In this document: positions 39,417 to 51,173 of the stretch, piece by piece
Position numbering within the stretch: position 1 is the stretch's first letter
Layout: the number at the start of each line of letters is the position of its first letter
From: Octopus vulgaris
Taxonomy: Eukaryota
Assembly (NCBI GenBank): GCA_951406725.2
Contig: OX597839.1
Location: 21,266,001 to 21,330,000 of the forward strand
Direction of reading: 5' to 3'
Length of the DNA stretch: 64,000 bases
The notes under the pieces: generated by a model
What the model was told of the DNA's origin: nothing
Seen by the model: the letters and a program-made list of their open reading frames with translations, nothing else
Database searches by the model: none
Position numbers and translations under genes: made by a program

Positions 39417-39638
39417 TATTTCTTTACTACCCACAAGGGGCTAAACACAGAGGAGACAAACAAGGACAGACAAAGCGATTAAGTCGATTCCATCAATCCC
39501 AGTGCGTAACTGGTACTTATTTAATCGACCCCGAAAGGATGAAAGGCAAAGTCGACCTCGGCGGAATTTGAACTCAGAACCTAACGGCAGACGAAATACG
39601 TCTACGCATTTCGCCCGGCATGCTACCGTTTCTGCCAG
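39417..39638 (-). mobile_element. SINE family B monomer
   Basis: Family B body; short flanking repeat agtata. Confidence 0.88.
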
Positions 39639-39785
39639 AGTATAACAAAACCCATCATCTTCAGAAAGACCAGCATCCAGCATCCTGAGACCAGAGTTTG
39701 TAATTTCTTGTCATTTTCTTTTTTTTTTTCTGTATCCTCTCTGCCCACTCCCTTAACTTCAGACAAAAAAACTATCAGCTGGTGA

Positions 39786-40118
39786 CAGGTATGGCTGTGT
39801 AATAAGAAGCTTGCTTCCTAACATGGTACTGAGTTCAGTCCCAGTGTGAGGTACCATGGGAAAGTGTAGCCTCAGGCTGACCAAAGCCTTGTGAGTGGAT
39901 TTGGTAGATGAAAACTGAAAGAAGCCCATTGTATGTATATATATATATATATATAGGCGCAGGAGTGGCTGTGTGGTAAGTAGCTTGCCTATCAACCACA
40001 TGGTTCCGGGTTCAGTCCCACTGCGTGGCACCTTGGGCGAGTGTCTTCTACTATAGCCTCGGGCCGACCAAAGCCTTGTGAGTGGATTTGGTAGACGGAA
40101 ACTGAAAGAAGCCCGTCG

Positions 40119-40160
<42 letters not shown>

Positions 40161-40726
40161 CATGTTTGTGTGTCTGTGTTTGTCCTCCTAGCATTGCTTG
40201 ACAACCGATGATGGTGTGTTTATGTCCCCGTTACTTAGCGGTTCGGCAAAAGAGACCAATAGAATAAGGCTTACAAAAGAATAAGTCCCGGGATCGAATT
40301 GCTCGATTAAAGGCGGTGCTCCAGCATGGCCGCAGTCAAATGACTGAAACAAGTAAAAGAGTATATAGGTAGAGGAGATATATATATATATATATATGTT
40401 TATATACATTCAGAAAGGTAAACATACACACAAATATAATTACATAGAACATAAAAATACAGAAAACAAAGAAGAGAATACACAATTTTTTTAATTGAAT
40501 ATATTTTCTGAATGTCTCTATATACACACTTGTGACAAGTGTGACAAGTATGTGTGTGTGTGTATATATATATATATAGAAACAGGTGTGTCTGTGTGGT
40601 AAGAAGCTTGCTTCCCAACCACATGGTTCCAGGTGCAGTCTATGTGGTACCTTGGGCAAGTGTCTTCTACTATAGCCTTGAGCCCACCAAAGCCTTGTGG
40701 TAGACAGTAACTGAAAGAAGTCCATC

Positions 40727-40764
<38 letters not shown>

Positions 40765-41330
40765 TTGTGTCTGCATTTGTCCCCCCCACCATCACTTGAC
40801 AACTGATGTTTATGTCCCTGTAACTTAGTGGTTCAGCAAAACGAGACCGATAGAATAAATAAATTGACTAAAAGCGGTGCTTCAGCATGGCCACAGTCAA
40901 ATGACTGAAACGAATAATAAAAGAATAATATACATATGAGTGGCTGTGTGGTAAGTAGCTTGCTTACCAACCACATGGTTCCGGGTTCAGTCCTACTGTG
41001 TGGCATCTTGGGCAAGTGTCTTCTGCTATAGCCCCAGGCCGACAAAAGCCTTGTGAGTGGATTTGGTAGACGGAAACTGAAAGAAGCCCGTCGTATATAT
41101 GTATATATATGTATATGTGTGTATGTTTGTGTGTCTGTGTTTGTCCCCCTAGCATTGCTTGACAACCGATGGTGGTGTGTTTATGTCTCCGTCATTTAGC
41201 GGTTCGGCAAAAGAGACCGATAGAATAAGTACTGGGCTTACAAAAGAATAAGTCCCGGGGTTGAGTTGCTTGATTAAAGGCGGTGCTCCAGCATGGCCGC
41301 AGTCAAATGACTGAAACAAGTAAAAAGTGA
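39786..41330 (+). mobile_element. Cluster of four same-strand SINE A copies (old head 39786-39935; 39956-40362; old 40583-40920; 40938-41330)
   Basis: Direct similarity to family A. Confidence 0.9.
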
Positions 41331-41812
41331 AAAAGAGAAAGAGATATATAGGAAAGGATGAGAGATCAAAATAAAAAAAAGCCACACAAAAAAATATAGA
41401 CAGTATATGAGAAAGAGAGAGAGAAAGAGAGGGGAATTGTGTGACAAGGTCAGTCTAGTAGAAAGTGTGATGAAGTGAAGGAGAGACAATGATGGAGAGG
41501 GGGGAAAAAGAGGGAGGGAGTGAGGTATATGAATAGAGAGAGATAGTAGAGGTAGTGAGTGAATAATGGAGGGAGAGAGAGAGAGGGGAGCAGCAATAGC
41601 CATTAATATATGTGATAGAAAGAGTGGGGGGGGCGACCCCAACCAATGCCAGGAGACTGACCTCCTATGACCTACAAATGAACCAGCAGCAGCAACGGTA
41701 GCAGCAGCAGCAGCATTAGTACAATGACCTAAATAATGAGAAAAGGAAGAGACAAAGAGGGAGAGACAGCAGCATCAGAGCTCACACAATTGGTAGAGTT
41801 GACATCTCAGCA

Positions 41813-42133
41813 TGGCTCTATAACATGTGGCAGCTTAGCAGTGTGGCAGCAAGTCTGTAAACGGTTGCTCAAACTGCTAGAAATAGCAGCAACTTTTCTT
41901 TCCAAATCAGTATGGCTATAACATGTGGCAGTTTAGGAGTGTGGGAGCAAGTCTGTAAACGGTTGCTCAAACTCTCTCTTTCTCTTTTCTCTCTTTTACT
42001 TGTTTCAGTCTTTTGACTGCGGCCATGCTGGAGCACTGCCTTTTAGTCGAGCAAATCGACCCCGGGACTTATTCTTTGTAAGCCCAGTACTTATTCTATC
42101 GGTCTCTTTTGCTGAACCGCTAAGTGACGGGAC
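41813..42133. repeat. ~60-bp local duplication (41813-41876 and 41913-41973) followed by a SINE A tail fragment (41975-42133, -)
   Basis: tataacatgtggcag...gcaagtctgtaaacggttgctcaaact occurs twice. Confidence 0.8.
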
Positions 42134-42322
42134 TTTTGTGGAGAACATTTCATCATCAACCTCCTGGACTACTACTACTACTACTACTACTGCTAGGATC
42201 ACTAGATAAGGGCATTTGGCTCATGAGGATTGGATGATTAGACAGGAGCTAACAAGGCCAAAAGCTACACCAAGTTCCACAGTCTCTTTTGGCCTGGGTT
42301 CTACACCTGAATGCCCTTCCTA

Positions 42323-42708
42323 TGGAAGCACTCCGTCGGTTACGACGATGAGGGTTCCGGTTGATCCGAATCAGCGGAACAGCCGGCTCGTGAAATTAAC
42401 GTGTAAGTGGCTGAGCACTCCACAGACACGTGTACCCTTAACGTAGTTCTCGGGGATATTCAGCGTGACACAGAGAGTGACAAGGCCGGCCCTTTGAAAT
42501 ACAGGTACAACAGAAACAGGAAGTAAGAGTGAGAGAAAGTTGTGGTGAAAGAGTACGGCAGGGATCACCACCATCCCCTGCCGGAGCCTCGTGGAGCTTT
42601 AGGTGTTTTCGCTCAATAAACACTCACAATGCCCGGTCTGGGAATCAAAACCGCGATCCTATGACCGCGAGTCCGCTGCCCTAACCACTGGGCCATTGCG
42701 CCTCCACA
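42323..42708 (-). mobile_element. SINE family D long form (~386 bp), inserted into an old family C copy
   Basis: tRNA head (revcomp) ggaggcgcaatggcccagtggttagggcagcgg...gattccc; 13-bp TSD aatgcccttccta (42310-42322, 42709-42721). Confidence 0.92.
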
Positions 42709-42806
42709 AATGCCCTTCCTAACGCCAACCACTTTACTATAAAGTGTACTAGGTGCTTTTTACATGGTGAGCAAGGTTCAAGCTATTCACTCCCTAAGTG
42801 TTTTAA

Positions 42807-43026
42807 CCCTCTCGTTACTGTATTTATTTTGAGATGCACTGTTTTTCTTTCAATTACTTTAAATATAATAAAGAATTTAGTAAAATAACTTAGTTATCAT
42901 TAAGTGAGTGTTACAAACATAAACTGTGACTAAGGTTTGATGGAAGATTTTAAGTCAAAACTTGTGAAAATAAGATATTTGAACTCAGAGCCAGAGCCGG
43001 TTTTGGCCGGGTTGGTAACGAAAGGG
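42807..43026. mobile_element. P2 MITE (220 bp)
   Basis: TTAA|CCCTCTCGTTAC...GTAACGAAAGGG|TTAA. Confidence 0.9.
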
Positions 43027-43739
43027 TTAAACCATTGATGGAAATGAGAATGAGTGACATTAAATGGGGAGACAGTTTTGACTTCTCTCTCAAATTGAAG
43101 CTTTGTTCCTGTTTCCAGTTTTGTCTTGGTTGTGACGAGACGAAATTTTTCTTAAGATGGATTTGTGCAACTGCACATTTGATCTTTTTATCATTTGTAA
43201 TAAATAACAAAAAAAAAAGAATTAAAAAAAAACCCCAGCTTGGGAGTGAAAAAGACAAAAGTAAGTAGATATTATTGCTGAATGGAATTGATATTGATAA
43301 GGCCTTTTTTTTTTCTTTTACAAAGAAAGTGGCTGTGTGGTAAGTAGCTTGCTAACCAACCACATGGTTCCGGGTTCAACTAACTTAATGCTAGCCATAT
43401 TTATAACGGGTAGCATTTTTTTTTTTTTTTAACTTTCTGTGACCGTGTGGGAGCTGTAGATCAATACCTACGATCATTAATAATCATGGTCTTTGACAGG
43501 ACAAAGGAAATACCATTGTCCTGAACAACATATATATAGATAGATAGATAGATTAATCAGCCAAAATTGCGAGGATGATCCGGTTCTTGACTGAAGATTG
43601 AAGGCCTCGAATGTCCCGTCCGTGTTTTTGTATCGTCTTCAAAATGTTTTGCGTTCTTGTCCCAGTTTGTATTTTTTATACATATATATATATATAATAC
43701 ATATATAATACATTATATATATATATATATATATATATA

Positions 43740-44433
43740 GGTAATGATACAGGTATTCGTTGTTTGCCATTTATAAGATGAACGAAGAACAGTGGTCGAA
43801 GTTGTAAAGAAATATTTATTTACCATTACTTAATATGCCATACCACAACGGGTAGGTTAGCTCAATAATATAAAGGAAAAAGGCATGCAAGGTTAAGAGA
43901 GTTAATTTCGGCCTGTATGTGTGTACACACGTTCTCATAGTAGTAATCCACAGATAGAGATAAAATGATGTAAAAAGGAAAGAAACTGAGTTCGTGAAAG
44001 TTATAGAGTTGAGGGAAGTTGTGTCTCATAGTTGGCTGATTGTAACCTTCTTTCTCCCTCTGGCCGTTTGGTCTCAAGTGGCAGCCTGCTTGTCACCATG
44101 GCTCTAGTTGGTCTCTGTTCACTAACTGATTTTGCCTTACCAAATTCTAGTATTTATAACTATCCAAAACCAGCTAGAAGGATAGACATATTGTTGAGAA
44201 CAATAGATTTCATTGGTAGTACCTGTTATCTCAATTCTAATTTTTGGTGGCCTGGAAGAGGTCAGAAGGGTCAAGTGGCAAAGACATTATTTTGCTTAGC
44301 AAAGACATCTCACGAATGTAACTGCTGTCACTCAAAGAAAAACTATTGTTTCACTTTGAGAAAAGTGCTGTTGAACTGTTTAAGTGAAATTTGGCGATTG
44401 AGGATCGAATCCACTCCATACCTGCATGAAGCC

Positions 44434-44436
<3 letters not shown>
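43740..44436 (-). mobile_element. Candidate solo LTR inserted in (TA)n, with its terminal 46 bp duplicated at 44472-44517
   Basis: Minus strand begins TGTGG; TATAAATA at ~44151-44158; AATAAA at ~43815-43820; ends CATTACC (imperfect CA); both flanks are (TA)n. Confidence 0.6.
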
Positions 44437-44475
<39 letters not shown>

Positions 44476-44514
44476 CGATTGAGGATCGAATCCACTCCAT
44501 ACCTGCATGAAGCC

Positions 44515-44558
<44 letters not shown>

Positions 44559-44674
44559 TAGATAGATAGATAGACAGATAGATAGAGAGAGATGTTAGCA
44601 TTTGTTTTTCAATTATAATAAAAACAGTTCTGATGGCTTACTCTATACTTTTGTAGAGCACAAACTAATTATCT

Positions 44675-45397
44675 GGATCTTTTCAATTCTGAAGCCAGTT
44701 TTTTCAAATTTTTCCTACTGAACCAAACAATTTGAAACTTCGTATACTGGTAGAATGTGTCAAAAGTAAACTTAATTGTAAACCAGAATGAAAATGGAAT
44801 TGTAACTTCTAAGTTTAACGTTGTTTAATAATTAGAATTTTAACCAATGATATTCCGTCATTCGGCTTTATTTTATTTACTCCGTCTCGACCACCAATTT
44901 GGTGACGTATTAAACATCTTAAATGTAAACAGACCGCATGTCTCCGTGAAATCTCCTTCTAACAAGATTTCGTTTCTAAGCTAATGCGTTTCATTTCACT
45001 TATTGTATTTATTTGTGCAAAAGGCAAGAAATTTAATATTAAAAAAGCAAAGAGCTGGCAGAAACGTTAGCACGCCGGGCGAAATGCGTAGCCGTATTTC
45101 GTCTGCCGTTACGTTCTGTGTTTGTTTACAGTTTTTAAACGAACGTTAGTACGTCACAAAAGCGCTTTCTACGTCACACTAATAGAATGCAGTCAAGTTT
45201 TACACATGAAAACAAACAATCTGATTGGTTAAAATTCGCAGTTTTAATCTACGATTAAAGTCATAAAATAGATTTTTCTCAAATAAACTAGTTCCAACCT
45301 GTGTCTTGTTTTGCTAGACTCTATCAGCATACGAAGTTTCAGATTATTTAGTTAAGTAGAAAGATCTGTGGTCCTGGCTTCAGAATTGAAAAGATCC
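44675..45397. mobile_element. Long-TIR non-autonomous DNA transposon, GGATC termini, 8-bp TSD (MULE/Merlin-like)
   Basis: TSD aattatct (44667-44674, 45398-45405); TIR ggatctttt(t)caattctgaagccag continuing imperfectly for ~170 bp; SINE B head fragment inside at ~45052-45120. Confidence 0.88.
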
Positions 45398-45775
45398 AAT
45401 TATCTTTAAATAAGAATATTATTGTCAGTGAACTTGGAGTTTTGGTCAGTTAACCCATTGTCAGACGCCAATATTCACATATGTGTATTTTTATCAAATT
45501 GCAGTTGTGCATGCATATATGCATGAGAAGGTATTTCTGAGTTTGTTCCTATCAAGCCTCTCCCTTATTCCCCTCCACTCACACTAGTAACAGGCAATGT
45601 ATGTCTCACACATACACACACACACACACCAGATTATTGTAAGTATATGCATGCATGTGTGATTAGCTGTCAAGTAGATGTGATGACCGGCATGTCAGAG
45701 CAGATACACAGGTGTAATAACAACCAGGTAAATTTGTAAACACATTACCATTATCCTATGTAATGGTGAACAGTT

Positions 45776-46179
45776 GTGCAGGAGTGGCTGTGTGGTAAGG
45801 AGCTTGTTTACCAACCACATGGTTCCAGGTTCAGTCCCCTTGGGCAAGTGTCTTCTGCTATAGCCTCGGGCCAACCAATGCCTTGTGAGTGGATTTGGTA
45901 GACGGAAACTGAAAGAAGCCCGTCGTATATATGTATATATATGTATGTGTGTGTATGTTTGTGTGTCTGTGTTTGTCCCCCTAGCAATTGCTTGACAACC
46001 GATGCTGGTGTGTTTATCTCCCCGTTACTTAGCGGTTCGGCGAAAGAGACCGATAGAATAAGTACTGGGCTTACAAAGAATAAGTCCCGGGGTCGAGTTG
46101 CTCGACTAAAGGTGGTGCTCCAGCATGGCCGCAGTCAAATGACTGAAACAAGTAAAAGAGTAAAAAAAAGAGTAAAGAG
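45776..46179 (+). mobile_element. SINE family A
   Basis: Near full length, short deletion after the B-box. Confidence 0.9.
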
Positions 46180-46630
46180 TTGTTGGTGCATGTGGAATGA
46201 ATTTAAGAATTGGCCGAGTCCATGGCGAGGATTGCCTGGTGGCATCATTCCTCTGGATGAGAAATGCAGGCAGGTCTTTCTGGAGTGCACAGTAGACAGA
46301 AAAGAAAGAACTATGGACAGTTTACTTTCTTGGTCAAGCCCATGTCAACCTGAAAGTGAGGGTGTAGAGCGAAGTGCTGACTGCCCATGGTTCATGAGGG
46401 TGGTGGGAATGGAGTTACTCTTATCTTGTGCCTGCAAGCTGTAGAACACAGCTAGGGGAGGAGGGCACTTGATTCACCCAATGACATACCCTTTTTTTTT
46501 ATTCCCATTTGTATTTTTTTAAATACATTTCCATAACCAATTCTGCATAATTCTGTCACTAACTTACCAATTTGTAATTAGCCCTTGTAATGTCCCCTCA
46601 GCTAGTGCCCCTGAGGCAAATAATGAATTG
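46180..46630 (+). pseudogene. Decayed L1/Tx1-like LINE C-terminus and 3' UTR with SINE-B-like tail
   Basis: Fragmentary reading LS/GQAHVN-LKVRV/ER/EVL...RWW resembles L1/Tx1 ORF2 ends as recalled; T-rich UTR ends tgtcccct...gcccctgaggcaaataatgaa. Confidence 0.45.
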
Positions 46631-46767
46631 TTATTCTCAGTAAATATGATATCTTGTAAGGGCAATGCAAGGCCCTAACCAGACTTGGTGTCTATCTAGG
46701 ACTCCACTTTCCAGTATATCATCCATTATTAAAGGGGGTAGAGCATAATTTTAGAGAATATATTTAC

Positions 46768-46923
46768 GTGGCTGTGTGGTAAGTAGCTTGCTAACCAACC
46801 ACATGGTTCCGGGTTCAGTCCCACTGCGTGGCACCTTGTGCAAGTGTCTTCTGCTATAGCCCCGGGCCGACCAATGCCTTGTGAGTGGATTTGGTAGACG
46901 GAAACTGAAAGAAGCCTGTCGTA

Positions 46924-46974
<51 letters not shown>

Positions 46975-47290
46975 GTGTGTTTGTGTGTCTGTGTTTGTCC
47001 CCCTAGCATTGCTTGACAACTGATGCTGGTGTGTTTACGTCCCTGTCACTTAGCGGTTCGGCAAAAGAGACCGATAGAATAAGTACTAGGCTTACAAAGA
47101 ATAAGTCCCAGGGTCGAGTTGCTCGACTAAAAGGCGGTGCTCCAGCATGGCCACAGTCAAATGACTGAAACAAGTAAAAGGCGGTGCTCCAGCATGGCCG
47201 CAGTCAAATGACTGAAACAAGTAAAAGGCGGTGCTCCAGCATGGCCGCAGTCAAATGACTGAAAACGAGTAAAAGAGTAAACAAGAATAA
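46768..47290 (+). mobile_element. SINE family A with triplicated 47-bp tail
   Basis: ggcggtgctccagcatggcc starts at 47133, 47180 and 47227. Confidence 0.93.
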
Positions 47291-47427
47291 AAAGGACATC
47301 TCAGGGTGTACTACATATGTTTTCAAAGCATGTTTATTCAAAACACAAATACAATTACGTCACCGAATGGTTAACAGTATGTGAAATTTGTAATGTTAGT
47401 CCATTACATTACACAATTGTACTCAGA

Positions 47428-48140
47428 AGGCGTGGTTGTGTGATAAAAAGTTTGCTTCCCAACTACATAGTTTCAGGTTCAGTCCCAGTGCGTGGTACTT
47501 TGGGCAAGTGTCTCTTGTACAGTAGCCCCAGGCAAACCATAGCCTTGTGAGTGGATCTAGCAGACAGAAACTAAAAGGATCCTGTATGAGAATATATGTA
47601 TGAGAATGTGCATTTCTGTATTTGTCCACCATTGCCGCTTGATAACTGGCATTGGTTTGTTTACATCCTGTAACCTACCGGTTCAGCAGAAGAGACCAAC
47701 AGAATAAGTGCCAGGCTTAACAAAAAATAAGTACTGGGTTTGATTCATTCAACTAGAACCCTTCAAGTGCCCCAGCACGGCTGCAGTCTGAAAGACTGAA
47801 ACAACTAAAAAGTAAAAAATATGTGTGTGTGTGTGTGTGTGTGTGGCCAATGCTAGTGTCACGTAACTTTTGAGCGTTGGGCAAGGTGGCTGATGCAGAT
47901 GGCACGAGAAAAGCCCCTTTCAAGTGTCGGGCCTCAAGGAGGCAATGACTGAGACCTTTGGCATTATGTCGTGCTTGAGAAGAAGACCCATCAAGCCAAG
48001 TAAAATCACAGCTGTGGCAGATACTGGTGTAGAAACAATAGCAAATCAGCCTGAGAGTCTGGTACAGTCTTCCAGCCTGCCAGCTTTGGTCAAACCATCC
48101 AACCCATGCCAGCATGGACAACAGACATTAAATGATGATA
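47428..48140 (+). mobile_element. Old SINE A (47428-47820) followed by an older family C copy (47845-48140)
   Basis: Collinear diverged copies. Confidence 0.8.
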
Positions 48141-48219
48141 TATATATATATCTGATGATATATATGATATATATATATATCTAGAGTGAGAGAGACGATA
48201 TGAATGACCCCTACTTTAA

Positions 48220-48438
48220 CCCTTTAGTGTTCAGATTATTCAATCAAACATAATGCCTATTGATTCCCATTGATTTGAATCAATCATGCATTATCTCATA
48301 TCTTCAAGATCTTGATGGTGTAATTACTTAATGTAGAATAACATTGTAGGGTAGGTATGAGAGCCTGGATCTGGTCAGTTTGAACATAAAACAGATTAAA
48401 TATTTTGGCCGGATATGGCCGGTTTAAATACTAAAGGG
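48220..48438. mobile_element. P1 MITE (219 bp)
   Basis: TTAA TSD and CCCTTTAG TIRs. Confidence 0.92.
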
Positions 48439-48650
48439 TTAATAATAGGTCAACATATTCTGTACAAAACAGCAGCATGACGTGTAAACACACAGAGCAG
48501 AACAAAGCTCAAATTCTTAGTCCAAAGGACAGTGATAAACTAAGCTGTATTTAAATGTGTATATGATGATATCTCATCAGATGTCCAGAGATAGAGTGGA
48601 GAAAATTCAAAAAGGTCAGTTGAGGTTCATGGTTGTTTTAGTGATCTTAA

Positions 48651-48870
48651 CCCTTTCGTTACCGTATTTATTTTGAGATGCTCTCCGTTTCTTTCAATTA
48701 CTTGAAATCTAACAAAGAATTTAGTAAAATAACCTAGTTATCATTCAGCTAGTGTTACGAACATAAATAGCGACTAAGGTTTGATGGAAGATTTTAATTC
48801 AAAACTTATGAAAACAAGATATTTGTACTCAGAACCAGAGCCAGTTTCAGCCGGGTTGGTAACAAAAGGG
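48651..48870. mobile_element. P2 MITE (220 bp)
   Basis: TTAA TSD and CCCTTTCGTTACC TIRs. Confidence 0.92.
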
Positions 48871-49215
48871 TTAACAACATCAGTTCTTCCACTGCCTGAC
48901 ATTGGCAGAGGAGGAGACAGCATGCTGGTGTCACTTAGACAATCCCAAAACTTTAACCCTTTAGCCTTTGCATTATTCTGTCAAAACTAATGCTTATTTA
49001 CTCACATTATTTTTGAATCTATCATGCATTATCTTGTGGCATATTGCCAATCACTATCATTATCATTTAAAGTCCACTTTTCCCATAGCTAGACATGTTT
49101 TTCACAAAAGCAACAAAATGAACATCACTTGTATGACATCGATGTCCAGTTACAACCATCATATGATGTCAAGGCAAGGGCACACGCAAACATACTCATA
49201 TATATACATATATAT

Positions 49216-49903
49216 TGAGGGAACCCGTGGAAGAGGTAGACCCAGGAAAACCTGGGACGAGGTGGTGAAGCACGACCTTCGAACGTTAGGTCTCACCATG
49301 GAAATGACTAGAGACCGAGACCTATGGAAGTATGCTGTGCGTGAGAAGATCCGGCAAGACTAGTGAAGCCATAACCCGTGGCCCCTACCTGGGACGTAGT
49401 CAGTCCACCTGTGCATACCTTCCTTCTTGTGACACTTGTGAAGACCTGTTGAGGCAAGTGAGAATCAAATCAAATCGAACCAAATCAAAATAGATGAACA
49501 TCAATGGAATTTGTATCCTTGTGGTACCAGTGCCGGTGGCACATAAGAAAACCATCCGAACGTGACTGTAGCCAGTACAGCATCGACTGGCCTCCATGCT
49601 GAGGGCACGTAACAAACACCATCCGAGCGTGGCCGTTCGCCAGCCTCGTCTGGCACCTGTGTCGGTGGCACATAAGAAAACACCATCCGAGCGTGGCCGT
49701 CTGCCAGCCTCGTCTGGCACCTGTGTCGGTGGCACATAAAATCACCCACTACACTCTCGGAGTGGTTGGCGTTAGGAAGGGCATCCAGCTGTAGAAACAC
49801 TGCCAGATCTGACTGGCCTGATGCAGCCTTCGGGCTTGCCAGACCCCAGTTGAACCGTCCAACCCATGCTAGCATGGAAAGCGGATGTTAAACGATGATG
49901 ATA
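49216..49903 (+). mobile_element. 5'-truncated RTE-clade LINE: ORF C-terminus plus ~540-bp 3' UTR (defines family C)
   Basis: EGTRGRGRPRKTWDEVVKHDLRTLGL...TRDRDLWKYAV* (stop at 49363) is the typical RTE terminus; UTR has tandem hairpin repeats and a (GAT)n tail. Confidence 0.92.
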
Positions 49904-50605
49904 TATCATCATCATCATTTAACATTCCTTTTTCCATGCTGGCATGGGTTGGACGGTTTGACAAGAGACAAGCCAGAAGGCTCCACCAGGTTCTGTGTCT
50001 CCTTTGGCATGGTTTCTATGTCTGGATGCCCTTCCAAATGCCAACCACTTTAATACAGAGTGTACTGGGTGCATTTTAATGGCACTAGCACCAATGAGGT
50101 CACCAAGTACCTACAAAAACGACCCCCTCAGCCGAGCTGAGTACAGACTGGAGAAAGGAATTATGATGGAAAGAAAGAAGCAGATGTCTTGCTGAAGAGG
50201 TGACTACAGGACTTGCCCACCTGAAGAGGGAGAAAGAGAGAATATGAGACAGAATAGGAAATGCACTGAGTAAAAATAGTGTGACAGATACGTGTTTTAT
50301 ATGTATGTGTGTGTGTGTGTTATATGATGTGCTTTCAGTTTCTATCTACTGATCCACTCGCACGGTTTTAGTTGGCCCAGGGCTATAATAATAGAAGACA
50401 TGTGTCCATGGTAGCTTCAGTGGGACTGAACCAAAGACTTCATGATTGGGAAGTAAGCTTCCTAAATACATAGCCAGTATATACACATACACAAATATAT
50501 ATACAGCAACACCCACCCTTAGTGGTTAGCCATATTGAGATGACTAGTATACTTTACGTCGTCGAGCAGTTACTGTTTACATCTCATTCAGAGATTTATT
50601 ATTGC

Positions 50606-50606
<1 letters not shown>

Positions 50607-50659
<53 letters not shown>

Positions 50660-51120
50660 CATACACACACACACACATATATATACATACACACACACAT
50701 ATATATATATACATACACACACACACATATATATACATACACACACACACATATATATACATACACACACACACATATATATACATACACACACACACAC
50801 ACACATATATATACATACACACACACACATATATATACATACACACACACATATATATACATACACACACACATATATATACATACACACACACATATAT
50901 ATATATACATACACACACACACATATATACATACACACACACACACACATATATATACACACACACACATATATATACATACACACACACATATATATAT
51001 ACACACACACACACATATATATACACACACACACACACATATATATACACACACACACACATATATATACACACACACACACACACATATATATATACAT
51101 ACACACACACATATATATAT

Positions 51121-51170
<50 letters not shown>
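50607..51170. repeat. Compound (CA)n(TA)n microsatellite with ~22-26 bp periodicity
   Basis: Seen directly. Confidence 0.96.

Positions 51171-51173
<3 letters not shown>

Noticed and set aside
43119-43260. ttccag|...|gtaagt candidate exon
   Set aside because: Contains long A runs and has no coding character; splice-like motifs are expected by chance.
43550-43682. Possible hammerhead (ctgaaga...gaat) in a (TA)n-embedded fragment; similar unclassified fragment at 29195-29375
   Set aside because: No convincing stem II or GAAA. May be Penelope-like debris, but this cannot be supported from the sequence.
44391-44412. tggcgattgaggat as an LTR primer-binding site
   Set aside because: Not preceded by an LTR-ending CA, and it lies antisense inside the inferred LTR.
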